From: Octopus vulgaris | Lineage: Eukaryota | NCBI GenBank assembly: GCA_951406725.2 | Contig: OX597843.1 | Span: 11,594,001-11,658,000, forward strand | Reading direction: 5' to 3' | DNA: 64,000 nt | Part shown: piece by piece, positions 50,409 to 63,061 of the stretch | Layout: each line of letters begins with the position of its first letter | Numbering within the stretch: the first letter of the stretch is position 1 | Made by a program: the position numbers and the translations under genes | The notes under the pieces: generated by a model | The model's database searches: none | What the model was told of the DNA's origin: nothing | Seen by the model: only the letters and a program-made list of their open reading frames with translations

Positions 50409-51211
50409 CAGGGGTTCTCAACCATTTTTTTATCTATGGACCCCTCTGATTACTATTTCATTCTGGTAGACCCTCATAGCTATTCAATGTTTAAAAACTA
50501 GTTTTATAGAAACTTCTTTCAAAATTCCTATTTTGTTTTTCACACATTAACTTGTGTAGGTTGAAGTATGGAAAATGTCAGAGAAAGAAACCCAGATGTT
50601 TCTTGCAATACATAACCAATACATACATCTAAAGCAGGGGCTCTCAACCATTTTTTATCTATGAACCCCCTTTGATTACTATTTCATTCTGGTAGACCCT
50701 CATAGCTATTCAATGTTTAAAAACTAGTTTTATAGAAACTTCTTTCAAAATTCCTATTTTGTTTTCCACACATTAACTTGTGTAGGTTGAAGTATGGAAA
50801 ATGTCAGAGAAAGAAACCCAGATGTTTCTTGCAATACATAACCAATACATACATCTAAAGCAGGGGTTCTCAACCATTTTTTATCTATGAACCCCCTTTG
50901 ATTACTATTTCATTCTGGTGGAACCCCATAGCCATTCAATATTTAAAAACTAGTTTTATAGAAACTTCTTTCAAAATTCCTATTTTGTTTTCCACACATT
51001 AACTTGTGTAGATTGAAGTATGGAAAATGTTAGAGAAAGGAACCCAGCTGTTTCATGCAATATATAACCAATACATACATCTGAAGCAAAATTTTTTCAG
51101 GGGACCTTAAAATACTATTGTGGATATCCAATTTATTAATTTGTTGTATTGACCCCCAAAAACCTTATCTGGACCTTTAGGGGTCACATGGACCCTGGTT
51201 GAGAACCGCTG
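50409..51211. mobile_element. hAT-type MITE with an internal 226-bp triplication
   Basis: TIR CAGGGGTTCTCAACC / GGTTGAGAACCGCTG; TSD ATCTAAAG/ATCTAAAT; left TIR repeated at 50409, 50635, 50861. Confidence 0.82.
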
Positions 51212-51244
51212 ATCTAAATGCTAAATAGTTTCTGCAGCCCTCAC

Positions 51245-51449
51245 CTTTCACTGCGCACTCGTTGACATCGCAAGTGCCCTCGCACTATGTGTTTGGAGGG
51301 GTCAAACACCTCAGCTAACTTCATCAGCCGATCAGTGTCCAGTTTGCGGACGTGCTGCTGCAACATGTCGACCTGTAGCACGGCCAGCTGGGGCCTCACA
51401 CACAGCAGGTCAACCAGTTCTTCGGGAGACAAACAGAGAAGGAAGACGC
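51245..51449 (-). CDS. RCC1/Claret-like gene exon (VFLLCLSPEELVDLL...FDPSKHIVRGHLRCQRVRSE)
   Basis: ctcaccatag acceptor, AG|GTGAG donor; 205 nt, phase 1/2. Confidence 0.9.
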
Positions 51450-51629
51450 CTATGGTGAGGAAGAGACAAGAGAAAACAAATTATTTATATTCTTATTATA
51501 CAATTACAACATTTAATTAACAATTTCAAACCTCGTCCCCTGTGCCAAACTCCACTAGGGCACCTGAGTAAAAAAAAAATAGTAGTATACACAGCTCAAG
51601 AGTAATGATTACAGGCGGACAGAATCACA

Positions 51630-52760
51630 AAAATAAATTCAAGAGAATAACAATATTAGGCCTATCTTTCCACTATCATATTTTTTTTAGATAAACTAAT
51701 GGACAAAATCATCATCATCGTTTAACGTCCGTTTTCCATGCTAGCATGGGTTGGACGGTTCGACCAGGATCTGGGAAGCCAGGAAGCTGCACCAGGCTCC
51801 AGTCTGATCTGGCAGTGTTTCTACAGCTGGATCCCCTTCCTAACGCGAATCACCCTGTGAGTGTAGTGGGTGCTTTTTACATGCCACCGGCACAGGTGCC
51901 AGGGGAGGCTGGCAACGGCCACGATCGGTTGGTGCTTTTTACGTGCCACTGGCACAGAAGCCAGTCAAGGTGGCACTGGCATCGGCCACGTACGGATGGT
52001 GCTTTTTACATGCCAGGGGAGGCTGGCAATGGCCACGATTGGATGGTGCTTTTTACGTGCCACCGGCACAGAAGCCAGTCATGGTGGTGCTGGCATCAGC
52101 CACATTCGGATGATGCTTTTTATGTGCAACCGGCACAGGTATCACAACTACAATTTCCAAATAAATTCAAGAGAATAACAATATTAGGCCCATCTTTCCA
52201 CTACCATATTTTTTAGGTAAACTATAGGACAGAATCATCATCATCATTTAACGTCCGTTTTCCATGCTAGCATGGGTTGGACAGTTCGACCGGGGTCTGG
52301 GAAGCCAGGAGACTGCACCAGGCTCCAGTCTGATCTGGCAGTGTTTCTACAGCTGGATGCCCTTCCTAACGCCAACCACCCCGTGAGTGTAGTGGGTGCA
52401 TTTCACTTGCCACCAGCACAGGTGCCAGGGGAGGCTGGCAACAGCCACAATCAATTGGTGCGTTTTACATGCCATCAGCACAGAAGCCAGTCAAGGTGGC
52501 GCTGGCATCGGCCACGTACGGATGGTGCTTTTTACATGCCAGGGGAGGCTGGCAATAGCCACGATCAGTTGGTGCTTTTTACGTGCCACCGGCACAGAAG
52601 CTAATCAAGGTGGCGCTGGCATCGGCCACGTTCGGATGATGCTTTTTACGCGCAACCAGCACAGGTATCACAACCACAGTTTCCAAATAAATTCAAGAGA
52701 ATAACAATATTAGGCATATCTTTCCACTACCATATTTTTTTAGATAAACTAATCGACAGA
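51630..52760. repeat. About 525-bp tandem duplication containing a SINE
   Basis: AAATAAATTCAAGAGAATAACAATATTAGGC recurs at about 51630, 52159, 52685. Confidence 0.85.
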
Positions 52761-53332
52761 ATCATAAAATAAATTCAGAATAACAATATTAGGCCTATCT
52801 TTCAATTAGCATATTTGTTCATGCAAACTGCTGTTTTCCTCATCAATTCACCAGTTTGATTGTTTGAATCACTCTCATTGTTTGTATTAGGGTAAACTCT
52901 TCGTCTGGGTTAAACTCAAGCCTTATGGATCCTGGGGTCCTGACTGGCCTAGGTCCAAGTCACCTTGAGATTGTAAAACCAAGGTTTCAATTCTTAGACT
53001 GGTAGGCGTCTCATGTTCTTGAGCAAAACACTTCATTTCACATCACTCCAGTCTACTCAGCTGTAAATAAGTTCCAACAATAGTGGGAAGTTAACCTTGA
53101 GATGGTCCAGCAGCCCATCCTGGAGAAAAGTGTTGTAATTTCAGTCATGTTAAGCTCTGGCCTTATGAGTATTATGGGTCATGGCAGATCTTATTTATCA
53201 CCTAAAGCTTAGCTTTACTGGATTATGAATATTTCAGATGGACAGACAGAAAGTCAGGCAGGCAGACAGATAGATATGTAGACAGAGAGACAGATATGAA
53301 GAGGAAAGAGGATAAGAGGAAAATGTTCTTAC

Positions 53333-53459
53333 CATGACCAACATGACAGAGGTAAGCTCCAAAACCTTTCTGTACCAGATCCTTCCATAATGAAAATTCC
53401 ACATTGTATAAACTATGTTGTAACAGTAGTTCAAGACTCTCCACAATGAGACCACGTGC
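53333..53459 (-). CDS. RCC1/Claret-like gene exon (ARGLIVESLELL...YLCHVGH)
   Basis: tttttcag acceptor, G|GTAAG donor; 127 nt, phase 0/1. Confidence 0.88.
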
Positions 53460-53549
53460 CTGAAAAATAAACGAACTGGTGTAGATATGGTTGTGTGGCT
53501 AAAGCAGGTTTCTAGGACCCACACCAAACCCAAACTATGTCCGCTCCAA

Positions 53550-54655
53550 TAATAGTTTAAAAACTAGTTTCATAGAAACTTCTTTCAGAATTCCTAATTT
53601 GTTTTTCACACATTAACTTGTGTAGGTTGAACAATGTAAAATGTTAGAGAAAGAAACCCAGCTATTTCTTGCAATATATAACCAATACATACATCTAAAG
53701 CAGGGGTTCTCAACCATTTTTTATCTATGGACCCTTTTGATTACTATGTTTAAAAACTAGTTTTATAGAAACTTCTTTCAAAATTCCTATTTTGTTTTCC
53801 ACACATTAACTTGTGTAGGTTGAACAATGTAAAATGTCAGAGAAAGGAACCCAGCTCTTTCTTGCAATACATAACCAATACAGACATCTAAAGCAGGGGT
53901 TCTCAACCATTTTTTATCTATGGACCCTTTTGATTACTATGTTTAAAAACTAGTTTTATAGAAACTTCTTTCAAAATTCCTATTTTGTTTTCCACACATT
54001 AACTTCTGTAGGTTGAACAATGTAAAATGTCAGAGAAAGGAACCCAGCTCTTTCTTGCAATACATAACCAATACATACATCTAAAGCAGAGGTTCTCAAC
54101 TATTCTTATCTGTGGACACCTTTAATTACTATTTTATTCTGGTGTATCCCCATAGCCATTCGACGTTTAAAAACTAGTTTTATAGAAACTTCTTTCAAAA
54201 TTCCTATTTTGTTTCCCACACATTAACTTGTGTAGATTGAACAATGTAAAATATTAGGAAAAAAAACCCAGCTGTTTCATGCAATACATAACCAATACAT
54301 ACATCTAAAGCAGGGGTTCTCAACTATTTCTTATCTATGAACCCCCTTTGATTACTATTTCATTCTGGTGGACCCCTATGGCCATTTGATGTTTAAAAAA
54401 TAGTTTTATAGAAACTTCTTTCAAAATTCCTATTTTGTTTTCCACACATTAACTTGTGGAGGTTGAACAATGTAAAATGTCAGAGAAAGGAACTCAGCTG
54501 TTTCTTGCAATACATATCAATACACACATCTACAGCAAAATTTTTCAGGGGCCCTTAAAATACTATTCTGGATACTCAATTTACTATTTTGTTGCATGGA
54601 ACCCCAAAAAATGTTTATGGACCGTCAGGGGCCATATAGACCCCGGTCGAGAGCC
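53550..54655. repeat. Tandem array (about 5 units of 190-225 bp) of the same hAT MITE
   Basis: CAGGGGTTCTCAAC recurs at about 53701, 53894, 54086, 54311. Confidence 0.82.
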
Positions 54656-54711
54656 TCAGGCCCTAGTCCATCTCCTCCGCACACACAACATGCATATAAG
54701 CAAACACTAAC

Positions 54712-54808
54712 CTTGCCAACCTCCAGCAGTAACGTCGGCCAGCGCCATTCTGCCAAAACTTTCAGGGCATTAGTTTCATTGTAGAAAAAGTTGCTGAGTA
54801 AGAATTCC
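54712..54808 (-). CDS. RCC1/Claret-like gene exon (EFLLSNFFYNE...LLEVGK)
   Basis: ttttttcag acceptor, AAG|GTTAGT donor; 97 nt, phase 2/0. Confidence 0.88.
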
Positions 54809-54962
54809 CTGAAAAAAATATATGAAATCAAAGACAGACATAAAACATGTGATGAATATGTTACTTGTGTGGATGGGTGGGTAGATGTGTGTCTTACTTT
54901 GTTTCAGACACTATACTGTGGGACACTGCTTTGAAGGGTTTAGTCAAACACACTGATTCTAG

Positions 54963-55172
54963 TACTCTTTACTCTTTTACTTGTTTCAGTCATTTGACTG
55001 CGGCCATGCTGGAGCACCACCTTTAATTGAGCAAATCGACCCCGGGACTTATTCTTTGTAAGCCCAGCACTTATTCTATCACTCTCTTTAGCCGAACCGC
55101 TAAGTGACGGGGACGTAAACACACCACCCTCGGTTGTCAAGCAATGCTAGGGGGACAATCACAGACACACAA

Positions 55173-55213
<41 letters not shown>

Positions 55214-55376
55214 CGACAGGCTTCTTTCAGTTTCCGTCTACCAAATCCACTTACAAGGCATTGGTCGGCCCGGGCCTATAGCAGAAGACACTTGCCCAAG
55301 ATGCCACGCAGTGGGACTGAACCCGGAACCATGTGGTTGGTTAGCAAGCTACTTACCACACAGCCACTCCTGCACC
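54963..55376 (-). mobile_element. CORE-type SINE, full-length copy
   Basis: Same family as 595-998. Confidence 0.85.
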
Positions 55377-56669
55377 CTAGTATTTATTTATTTTTTTATC
55401 TGGTACTTATTCTATCAGTTGCTTTTGCTAAACCACTAAGTTACAGGAACGTAAACAAACCAACACCATTGTCAAGTAGCTGAGAAACAAACACAAAGTA
55501 ACACACTTACAAATGCATGCTAGTGGACCACTAAGAGTACCATACGAGCGGGGTCGTTGCCAGAGCAACAAGCTGGCCTCTGTGCTGGTGGGCACATAAA
55601 AGCACCACTCGAGTGTGATCGTTACCTGCATCGCCTTACTGGCACTTGTGCTGGTGGCACATGAAAAAAAAACATTCGAGTGAGGTCATTGCCAGTGCCG
55701 CTGGACTGGTTCCTGTGCAGGTGGCACATAAAAAAAGCACCATTTGAGTGTAGCCGTTGCCAGTACTGCCTGACTGGCCCTCGTGCCGGTGGCACGTAAA
55801 AGCACCCACTACACTCTCGGAGTGGTTGGCGTTAGGAATGGCATCAAGCTGTAGAAACTCTGCCAGATCAAGATTGGAGCCTGGTGCAGCCATCTGGTTC
55901 ACCAGACCTCAGTCAAATCGTTCAACCCATGCTAGCATGGAAAGCGGACGTTAAACGATGATGATGATGATGATATATATATATATATATATGATGGACT
56001 TCCACAGTGTTTTTGTCAACCAAATACATTTACAAGGCGTTTGCTGGCCTGGGGCTATAGTATTTATTAATCATGCACATACATCATAAATTGTTCAAAG
56101 TGAAAATCTTACTTCAAAGTCTGTGTTGCATTGCCTATATGTTGAAAAGCACAGGAACACACAACCAAAAGAAATAACTATATACATATTATATATACAT
56201 ACAAATAGTATTTTTTTGAAGCTTGTGTTGCATTGTGTTGACAGACTTGCACTTAAAATTCCAGCATTTTTAATCAAAACATGTTAGTTACTATAGTGAC
56301 AACACTACCTAGGGTTGACACACTACATGATATTAGGAAGGGCATCCAACCTTAAAATCCCTGCCAAAACAGACACAGAAGTCAAGTGCAGGCTTCGGCC
56401 TGGTCAGCTCTTGTCAAACCATCCAACCCATGCCAGTATGGAAGGCGGACATTAAATGATGATGATTATGATGATGATTCTGAAACTAAAGATATTTAGA
56501 AAGCCCTGCCATTGAAATAATGCGTCTGAATGAAAAATAAGATGGTGTTGATTGAAACATCTTTGAAGAGGGAACTTCTTAAGGTTAAAATGGGGACTAA
56601 ATCTACAGCAGCAGCAGCAGCAACAACAACATCAACTTCATGCAGAACATGTGACATGTTAGACTTTAC

Positions 56670-56875
56670 CTGAAAGCTGATATCAGATTTGGGTTTTTGG
56701 CGCGACCACTCTTGATGAGGTAGATGAAACCGTAGAGAGCAATGTCGGAGAGTCTTTTCGCCTCCTGGGTGGTCACTTCTTCACCCCCTTTCTTCAGGAT
56801 GTACTGTACATAGGTCATCATCTCTTGGATGCATCCGTATGATGCAAGGGACGCAACACGCTTCACGTAGGAAGA
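56670..56875 (-). CDS. RCC1/Claret-like gene exon (SSYVKRVASL...NLISAFR)
   Basis: ctcgttgcag acceptor, AG|GTAAAG donor; 206 nt, phase 0/2. Confidence 0.9.
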
Positions 56876-57037
56876 CTGCAACGAGAAGATGTGGTGTGGT
56901 TGAAGGATTGGAGTGGACTGGTTAAATGTAAAGAGCATGAAAGAGTTTGTGCAACATGATGGAAATGCACTTACATAACACCAAATGTATACATATGCTG
57001 CAATTACATGCACCAACCCCATATGAGTGCACATGCC

Positions 57038-57091
<54 letters not shown>

Positions 57092-57377
57092 CCTATTTCT
57101 TTACTACCCACAAGGCGCGAAACACAGAGGAGACAAACAAGGACAGACAAACGGATTAAGTCGATTACATTGACCCCAGTGCATAACTGGTACTTATTTA
57201 ATCGACCCTGAAAGGATGAAAGGCAAAGTCGACCTCGGCAGAATCTGAACTCACAATGTAACGGCAGATGTTGAAAGCACCCATTACAATCTTGGAGTGG
57301 TTAATGTTAGGAAGGGCGTCCAGCTGTAGAAACCATGCCAAATCAAACTGGAACCTGGTTCAGCTCTCCAGCTTACC

Positions 57378-58714
57378 TATTTCTTTATTACCCACAAGGG
57401 GCTAAACACAGAGAGGACAAACAAGGACAGACATGGGTATTAAGTCGATTACATCGACCCCAGTGTGTAACTGGTACTTAATTTATCGACCCCGAAAGGA
57501 TGAAAGGCAAAGTCGACCTCGGTGGAATTTGAACTCACAACGTAACGGCAGACGAAATACCTTTTTCTTTACTACCCACAAGGGGCTAAACACAGAGAGG
57601 ACAAACAAGGACAGACATGGGTATTAAGTCGATTACATCGACCCCAGTTCGTAACTGGTACTTAATTTATCGACCCTGAAAGGATGAAAGGCAAAGTCGA
57701 CCTCGGTGGAATTTGAACTCAGAACGTAACAGCAGACGAAATACCTACTTCTTTATTACCCACAAGGCGCTAAACACAGAGGAGACAAACAAGGACAGAC
57801 AAACGGATTAAGTCGATTACATTGACCCCAGTGCATAACTGGTACTTATTTAATCGACCCTGAAAGGATGAAAGGCAAAGTCGACCTCGGCGGAATTTGA
57901 ACTCAGAACGTAACAGCAGACGAAATACCTACTTCTTTATTACCCACAAGGGACTAAACACAGAGAGGACAAACATGGACAGACATAGGTATTAAGTCGA
58001 TTACATCGACCCCAGTGTGTAACTGGTACTTAATTTATCGACCCCGAAAGGATGAAAGGCAAAGTCGACCTCGGCGGAATTTGAACTCAGAACGTAACAG
58101 CAGACGAAATACCTACTTCTTTATTACCCACAAGGGACTAAACACAGAGAGGACAAACAAGGACAGACATGGGTATTAAGTCGATTACATCGACCCCAGT
58201 TCGTAACTGGTACTTAATTTATCGACCCTGAAAGGATGAAAGGCAAAGTCGACCTCGGTGGAATTTGAACTCAGAACGTAACAGCAGACGAAATACCTAC
58301 TTCTTTATTACCCACAAGGGGCTAAACACAGAGAGGACAAACAAGGACAGACATGGGTATTAAGTCGATTACATCGACCCCAGTGCGGAACCGGTACTTA
58401 ATTTATCGACCCCGAAAGGATGAAAGGCAAAGTCGACCTCAGCGGAATTTGAACTCACAACGTAACGGTAGACGAAATACCTATTTCTTTATTACCCACA
58501 AGGGGCTAAACACAGAGAGGACAAACAAGGACAGACATAGGTATTAAGTCGATTACATCGACCCCAGTGTGTAACTGGTACTTAATTTATCGATCCTGAA
58601 AGGATGAAAGGCAAAGTCGACCTCGGCGGAATTTGAACTCCCAACGTAACGGTAGACGAAATACCGGTAAGCATTTCGCCCGGCGTGTTAACGTTTCAGC
58701 CAGCTCGCCGCCTT
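57378..58714 (-). mobile_element. Meta-domain SINE multimer: one tRNA head plus seven 184-bp bodies
   Basis: CCCACAAGG at 57391, 57575, 57759, 57943, 58127, 58311, 58495; TSD CAGCTTACC at 57369-57377 and 58715-58723. Confidence 0.9.
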
Positions 58715-58868
58715 CAGCTTACCAGTTCCATGCAAACCATCTAACCCATGCCAGCATGGAAAGCAGACGTTAAATGATGACTGATGATGATGATGACAAT
58801 GATGAATGATGTTTCCCCAGTGCAGCATAGAGAAGGAGTTTGTAAGTTGTCATTAGAATTATACATAC

Positions 58869-59046
58869 CTTAGCCATCTTGAACAGCCGCAGTGCATGTG
58901 TAAAATGACCCTTAGTTAGCAGGTGGTCCGTAGCAAGCTGGAATAGTTGGTTGTAGTCAAGTCCAAGACTGACCGCAAAGTGGTCAACATGTACACAGTC
59001 CGTGGGGTGGAGAGCCAGTTGGAAAAAGTAACGTTCTGGGGAGATC
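58869..59046 (-). CDS. RCC1/Claret-like gene exon (ISPERYFFQLAL...LRLFKMAK)
   Basis: ttgtacag acceptor, AAG|GTATGT donor; 178 nt, phase 2/0. Confidence 0.9.
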
Positions 59047-59398
59047 CTGTACAATAACAACAATAACTAGTACTATTATTAGAGTCTCATAGAATGATGG
59101 TTTTGGGGTCTGTATTTAAAGTGGGTGGTACTCAGGACAGGATTTATACCTAGCAGGGCCTTAGGACCAACAGGTTTTGGGAGCCCCTATGATTTTGCTA
59201 ATTCAAAACATAAGAGGGCCTTCTTTAAATTTAATTGTCTCAAACAGTTTGAAGAGGACCCCAAAACTTAAAAGGCCTCAGTAAAGTCAAAGGGAATCAG
59301 TTAAATTTAATGTCTCTCTAAATTTACAAGGGCCTTATAAATGAAAAGACAGCTCGATAATTTTTTTTAAATTTTGTTGGATAAAATAAATTTGACCA

Positions 59399-59573
59399 AG
59401 GCGCAGGAGTGGCTGTGTGGTAAGTAGCTTGCTTACCAACCACATGGTTCCGGGTTCAGTCCCACTGTGTGACACCTTGGACAAGTGTTTTCTACTATAG
59501 CCTCGGGCCGACCAATGCCTTGTGAGTGGATTTGGTAGACGGAAACTGAAAGAAGCCTGTCGTATATATGTAA

Positions 59574-59606
<33 letters not shown>

Positions 59607-59818
59607 CGTGTATGTTTGTGTGTCTGTGTTTGTCCCCCTAGCATTGCTTGATAATCGATGCTGGTGTGTTTATGTCCCCGTCACTTAGCGGTTCGGCAAA
59701 AGCAACCGATAGAATAAGTACTGGCCTTACAAAGAATAAGTCCCGGGGTCAAGTTGCTCGACTAAAGGCGGTGCTCCAGCATGGCCACAGTCAAATGACT
59801 GAAACAAGTAAAATAGTA
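59399..59818 (+). mobile_element. CORE-type SINE, full-length copy
   Basis: Same family as 595-998. Confidence 0.85.
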
Positions 59819-59882
59819 AGCATGTGAGTGCGTTTAACAGACGGAAACTGATCAAAGCCCATCGTGTGGGCATAAATCTTAC

Positions 59883-60121
59883 CTCGGACGACACTCGTAC
59901 ACAGCACATTCTGTGATGACTAAGCACCCATCGAGGACAGAATGATGAGAGATGGGCACAGAGTAAGGGCTAAGATCCGACATCAGCTCAGCAGGAGAGA
60001 GGTTCATGGATGATTCTTGCTTGTCATGCCAGTAGAACGGGTAAGATTGTTTGACGATGCCAAGGACTTTCTCCTCACATGGAAGATCGAATGTCTGCAG
60101 CACAGACTCTGGACTGAGGCT
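59883..60121 (-). CDS. RCC1/Claret-like gene exon (SLSPESVLQTFDLP...AVYECRPR)
   Basis: ccattccag acceptor, AG|GTAAG donor; 239 nt, phase 0/2; overlaps ORF 59879..60103. Confidence 0.9.
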
Positions 60122-60207
60122 CTGGAATGGTGAAGATGGAAATATAAAGGTTGATAGATATGTAGGCTAGTAGACGGACAGATGGACAAAAAGACTAAGA
60201 GATGGTT

Positions 60208-61172
60208 TAACCATTTCATTACCATATTTCTGTCGAGATGCTCTGTGTTTCTTTCAATTGATTTTAAATATAAGAAAGAAATTAGTAATTAACTTGGTTA
60301 TCATTCAGCTAGTGTTAGGAACATAAATTGTGACTAAAGTTTGGTGAAGATTTTAATTCAAAACTTATGAAAACAAGGCATTTGTACTACAGAGCCAGAG
60401 GTGGTTTGAGCCAGGCTAACATCAAAAGGATTTAAAATATCATGGTGACTTGAACCCTTTTGTTACCATATTTCTTCTGAGATGCTCTGTGTTTCTTTCA
60501 ATTAATTTTAAATAAAACAAAGAATTTAGTAAAATAACTTAGCTATCATTAAGCTAGTGTTAGGAACATAAATTGTGACTAAGGTTTGGTGGAAGATTTT
60601 AATTCAGAACTTATGAAAACAAGACATTTGTACTACATAGTCAGAGGCGGTTTGAGCCAGGTTAACATCGAAAGGGTTTAAAATATCATAGTGACTTGAA
60701 CCCTTTTGTTACCATATTTCTTCCGAGATGCTCTGTGTTTCTTTCTATTAATATTAAATATAATAAAGAATTTAGAAAAATAACTTAGTTATCATTAAGC
60801 TAGTGTTTAGGAACATAAATTGTGACTAAGGTTTGGTGGAAGATTTTAATTTAGAACTTATGAAAACAAGACATTTGTACTAGAGATCCAGAGGCGGTTT
60901 CAACAAGGTCGGTAACAAAAGGGTTAAAAATATCATGGTGACTTGAACCCTTTTGTTACCATATTTCTGTTGAGATGCTCTGTGTTTCTTTCAATTAATT
61001 TTAAATATAACAAAGAATTTAGTAAAATAACTTAGTTATCATTAAGCTAGTGTTAGGAACATAAATTGTGACTAAGGTTTGGTGGAAGATTTTAATTCAG
61101 AACTTATGAAAACAAGGCATTTGTACAACAGAGCCAGAGACGGTTTCAGCCAGGTTGGTATCGAAAGTGTTA
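60208..61172. repeat. About 245-bp tandem array (4 copies) of a piggyBac-like MITE
   Basis: Unit bounded by AACCCTTTTGTTACC ... GGTAACAAAAGGGTTAA, followed by spacer AATATCATGGTGACTTG. Confidence 0.75.
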
Positions 61173-61880
61173 ATGGATAGATTTAGTGATATTGATAGTT
61201 CTGTCTCTACAGAGAATAATCCAACATGTAGTTTAAACAGACAGAGTGACATACAATATGGATGAATAGATATAGACAGATTGGAAGACAGAGATAGAAA
61301 ACAGACAGGTAAACTGGTAGGTAACGAGATATGTAGATAGTGAACTAAGTAGGTAGATAGACAAACAGACACAGTAGAGACAGACAGACCGACGGTACAG
61401 ACTGACAGGCGGGTCAGACAGACAGACAGACAGGCGGTACAGGCGGGACAGACAGACAGGCGGGACGGACAGACAGACAGGCGGTGCAGACAGACAGGCG
61501 GTGCAGACAGACAGGCGGTGCAGACAGACAGACGGCACAGAGAGACAGACAGACAGACAAGTAAGTAGATCTACAGGATGCTAGACAGGTACATAAACAG
61601 ACAGGTGAGTAAGATGATAGATTAATAGACAGGTAAGTAGAGGCAGATGACTATAGCCATTAAGAGTTGTACACCATCAACCACACTCTTGTCCATAACC
61701 ATTGTCAATCCAGTGGCCAGACCAGGTCAAGACGAGTGGGGATGGGGACAGATGCAGTGGGTGACCACGATATCTCACCTGCTTCATCTTGCCCTCTGCA
61801 CTCCACAATGCCCTACTGCAGTCACCTTCCCCTCCACAGAGTCTACTGGATCCTCACGTGGCTACTAATTTAGGTCAGAG

Positions 61881-61930
61881 GGCGTAACTTCAGTATAAGT
61901 ACCAGAAGTACCGGATACATTTCAAGAAAG

Positions 61931-61967
<37 letters not shown>

Positions 61968-62266
61968 TTGATCAGGTGACCGACCAGACCATCAGATGTT
62001 GCTACACATCGCTGGTCACAATGCGTTCGCATTGTTTTAGCCTTCGAACGACGCCACCCCGCTGGCTAAGCGAGCAGGCCAACAGAAGAAAGAGTGAGAG
62101 AAAGAGTGGTGAATGAGTACAGCAGGGTTCACCACCCCCTGCCGGAACCTCGTGGAGCTTTTAGGTGTTTTCGCTCAATAAACACACACAACACCCGGTC
62201 TGGGAATCGAAACCGCGATCCTCCGACCGCGAGTCCGCTGCCCTAACCACTGGGCCATTGCGCCTC

Positions 62267-62313
<47 letters not shown>

Positions 62314-62426
62314 GAGGGTTAGGGTTTGTGTTAGGGTTAGGGGTGGGAGAAAAGGGTTTATGTTATCTTCAGAAATGTAAACAAAGCCACTTCCGGTACT
62401 TACGGTACTTATACCGAAGGATCGCC
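61881..62426. mobile_element. Merlin-like MITE with TTAGGG-like repeats, interrupted by a SINE
   Basis: 8-bp TSD GGTCAGAG at 61873-61880 and 62427-62434; TIR GGCGTAACTTCAGTATAAGTACC / GGTACTTATACCGAAGGATCGCC. Confidence 0.75.
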
Positions 62427-62595
62427 GGTCAGAGTAGACCGGGAAATGAAAGCAGCAAAGAGATGGTCCCACACTCCTCAAAACCCTGAAACTCTTGTAC
62501 CAGGGCCCCCACTACCAGACACACTTTAAGGTTACGCCTAGGTCATATTCTCCACACACACACACACACACACAGCCTCTCCTGGCTCTACTTAC

Positions 62596-62766
62596 CTGCT
62601 CAGAACCTGGGAATGTCTCGGCTTTCTGATTGGCCAATAGGAAGAGTTTTTTGCCATCCTGCCATGTGTTTAGAAATATCAATCTGTCAGTGAAGACTGT
62701 GTTGTGGGCCCCGAGTGGCAGTTTGTAGATGTACAGTGGTGACCTCTGTATGGAGCAATCATAAAT
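62596..62766 (-). CDS. RCC1/Claret-like gene exon (IYDCSIQRSPLYIYKLP...AETFPGSEQ)
   Basis: ttttctccacag acceptor, CAG|GTAAGT donor; 171 nt open, phase 0/0; not in the ORF track. Confidence 0.88.
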
Positions 62767-63030
62767 CTGTGGAGAAAATGCAAGGTGAAAATTACATGTA
62801 ACATCATTTGGAAAAGGAATCTAGCAGAAGGTAAATTCCCCGTTTATTTTGGTTATGTTTTGTATAGGCATAGGTGTGGCTGTGTTGCTAAGATATTTAC
62901 TTACCAACCACATGATTCTGAGCTCAGTCCCTCAGTATGTTACCTTGGAGAAGTGTCTTCTACTATAGCCCCCAAGCCAACCAAAGCTTTGCAAGTGGAT
63001 TTGGAAGTGGAAACTGAAAGAAGCCCATTG

Positions 63031-63061
<31 letters not shown>

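Noticed and set aside
58620-58714. tRNA gene (also the SINE heads at 595, 1230, 59399, 62190)
   Set aside because: A/B-box-like motifs run directly into SINE bodies present in many copies; no convincing cloverleaf.
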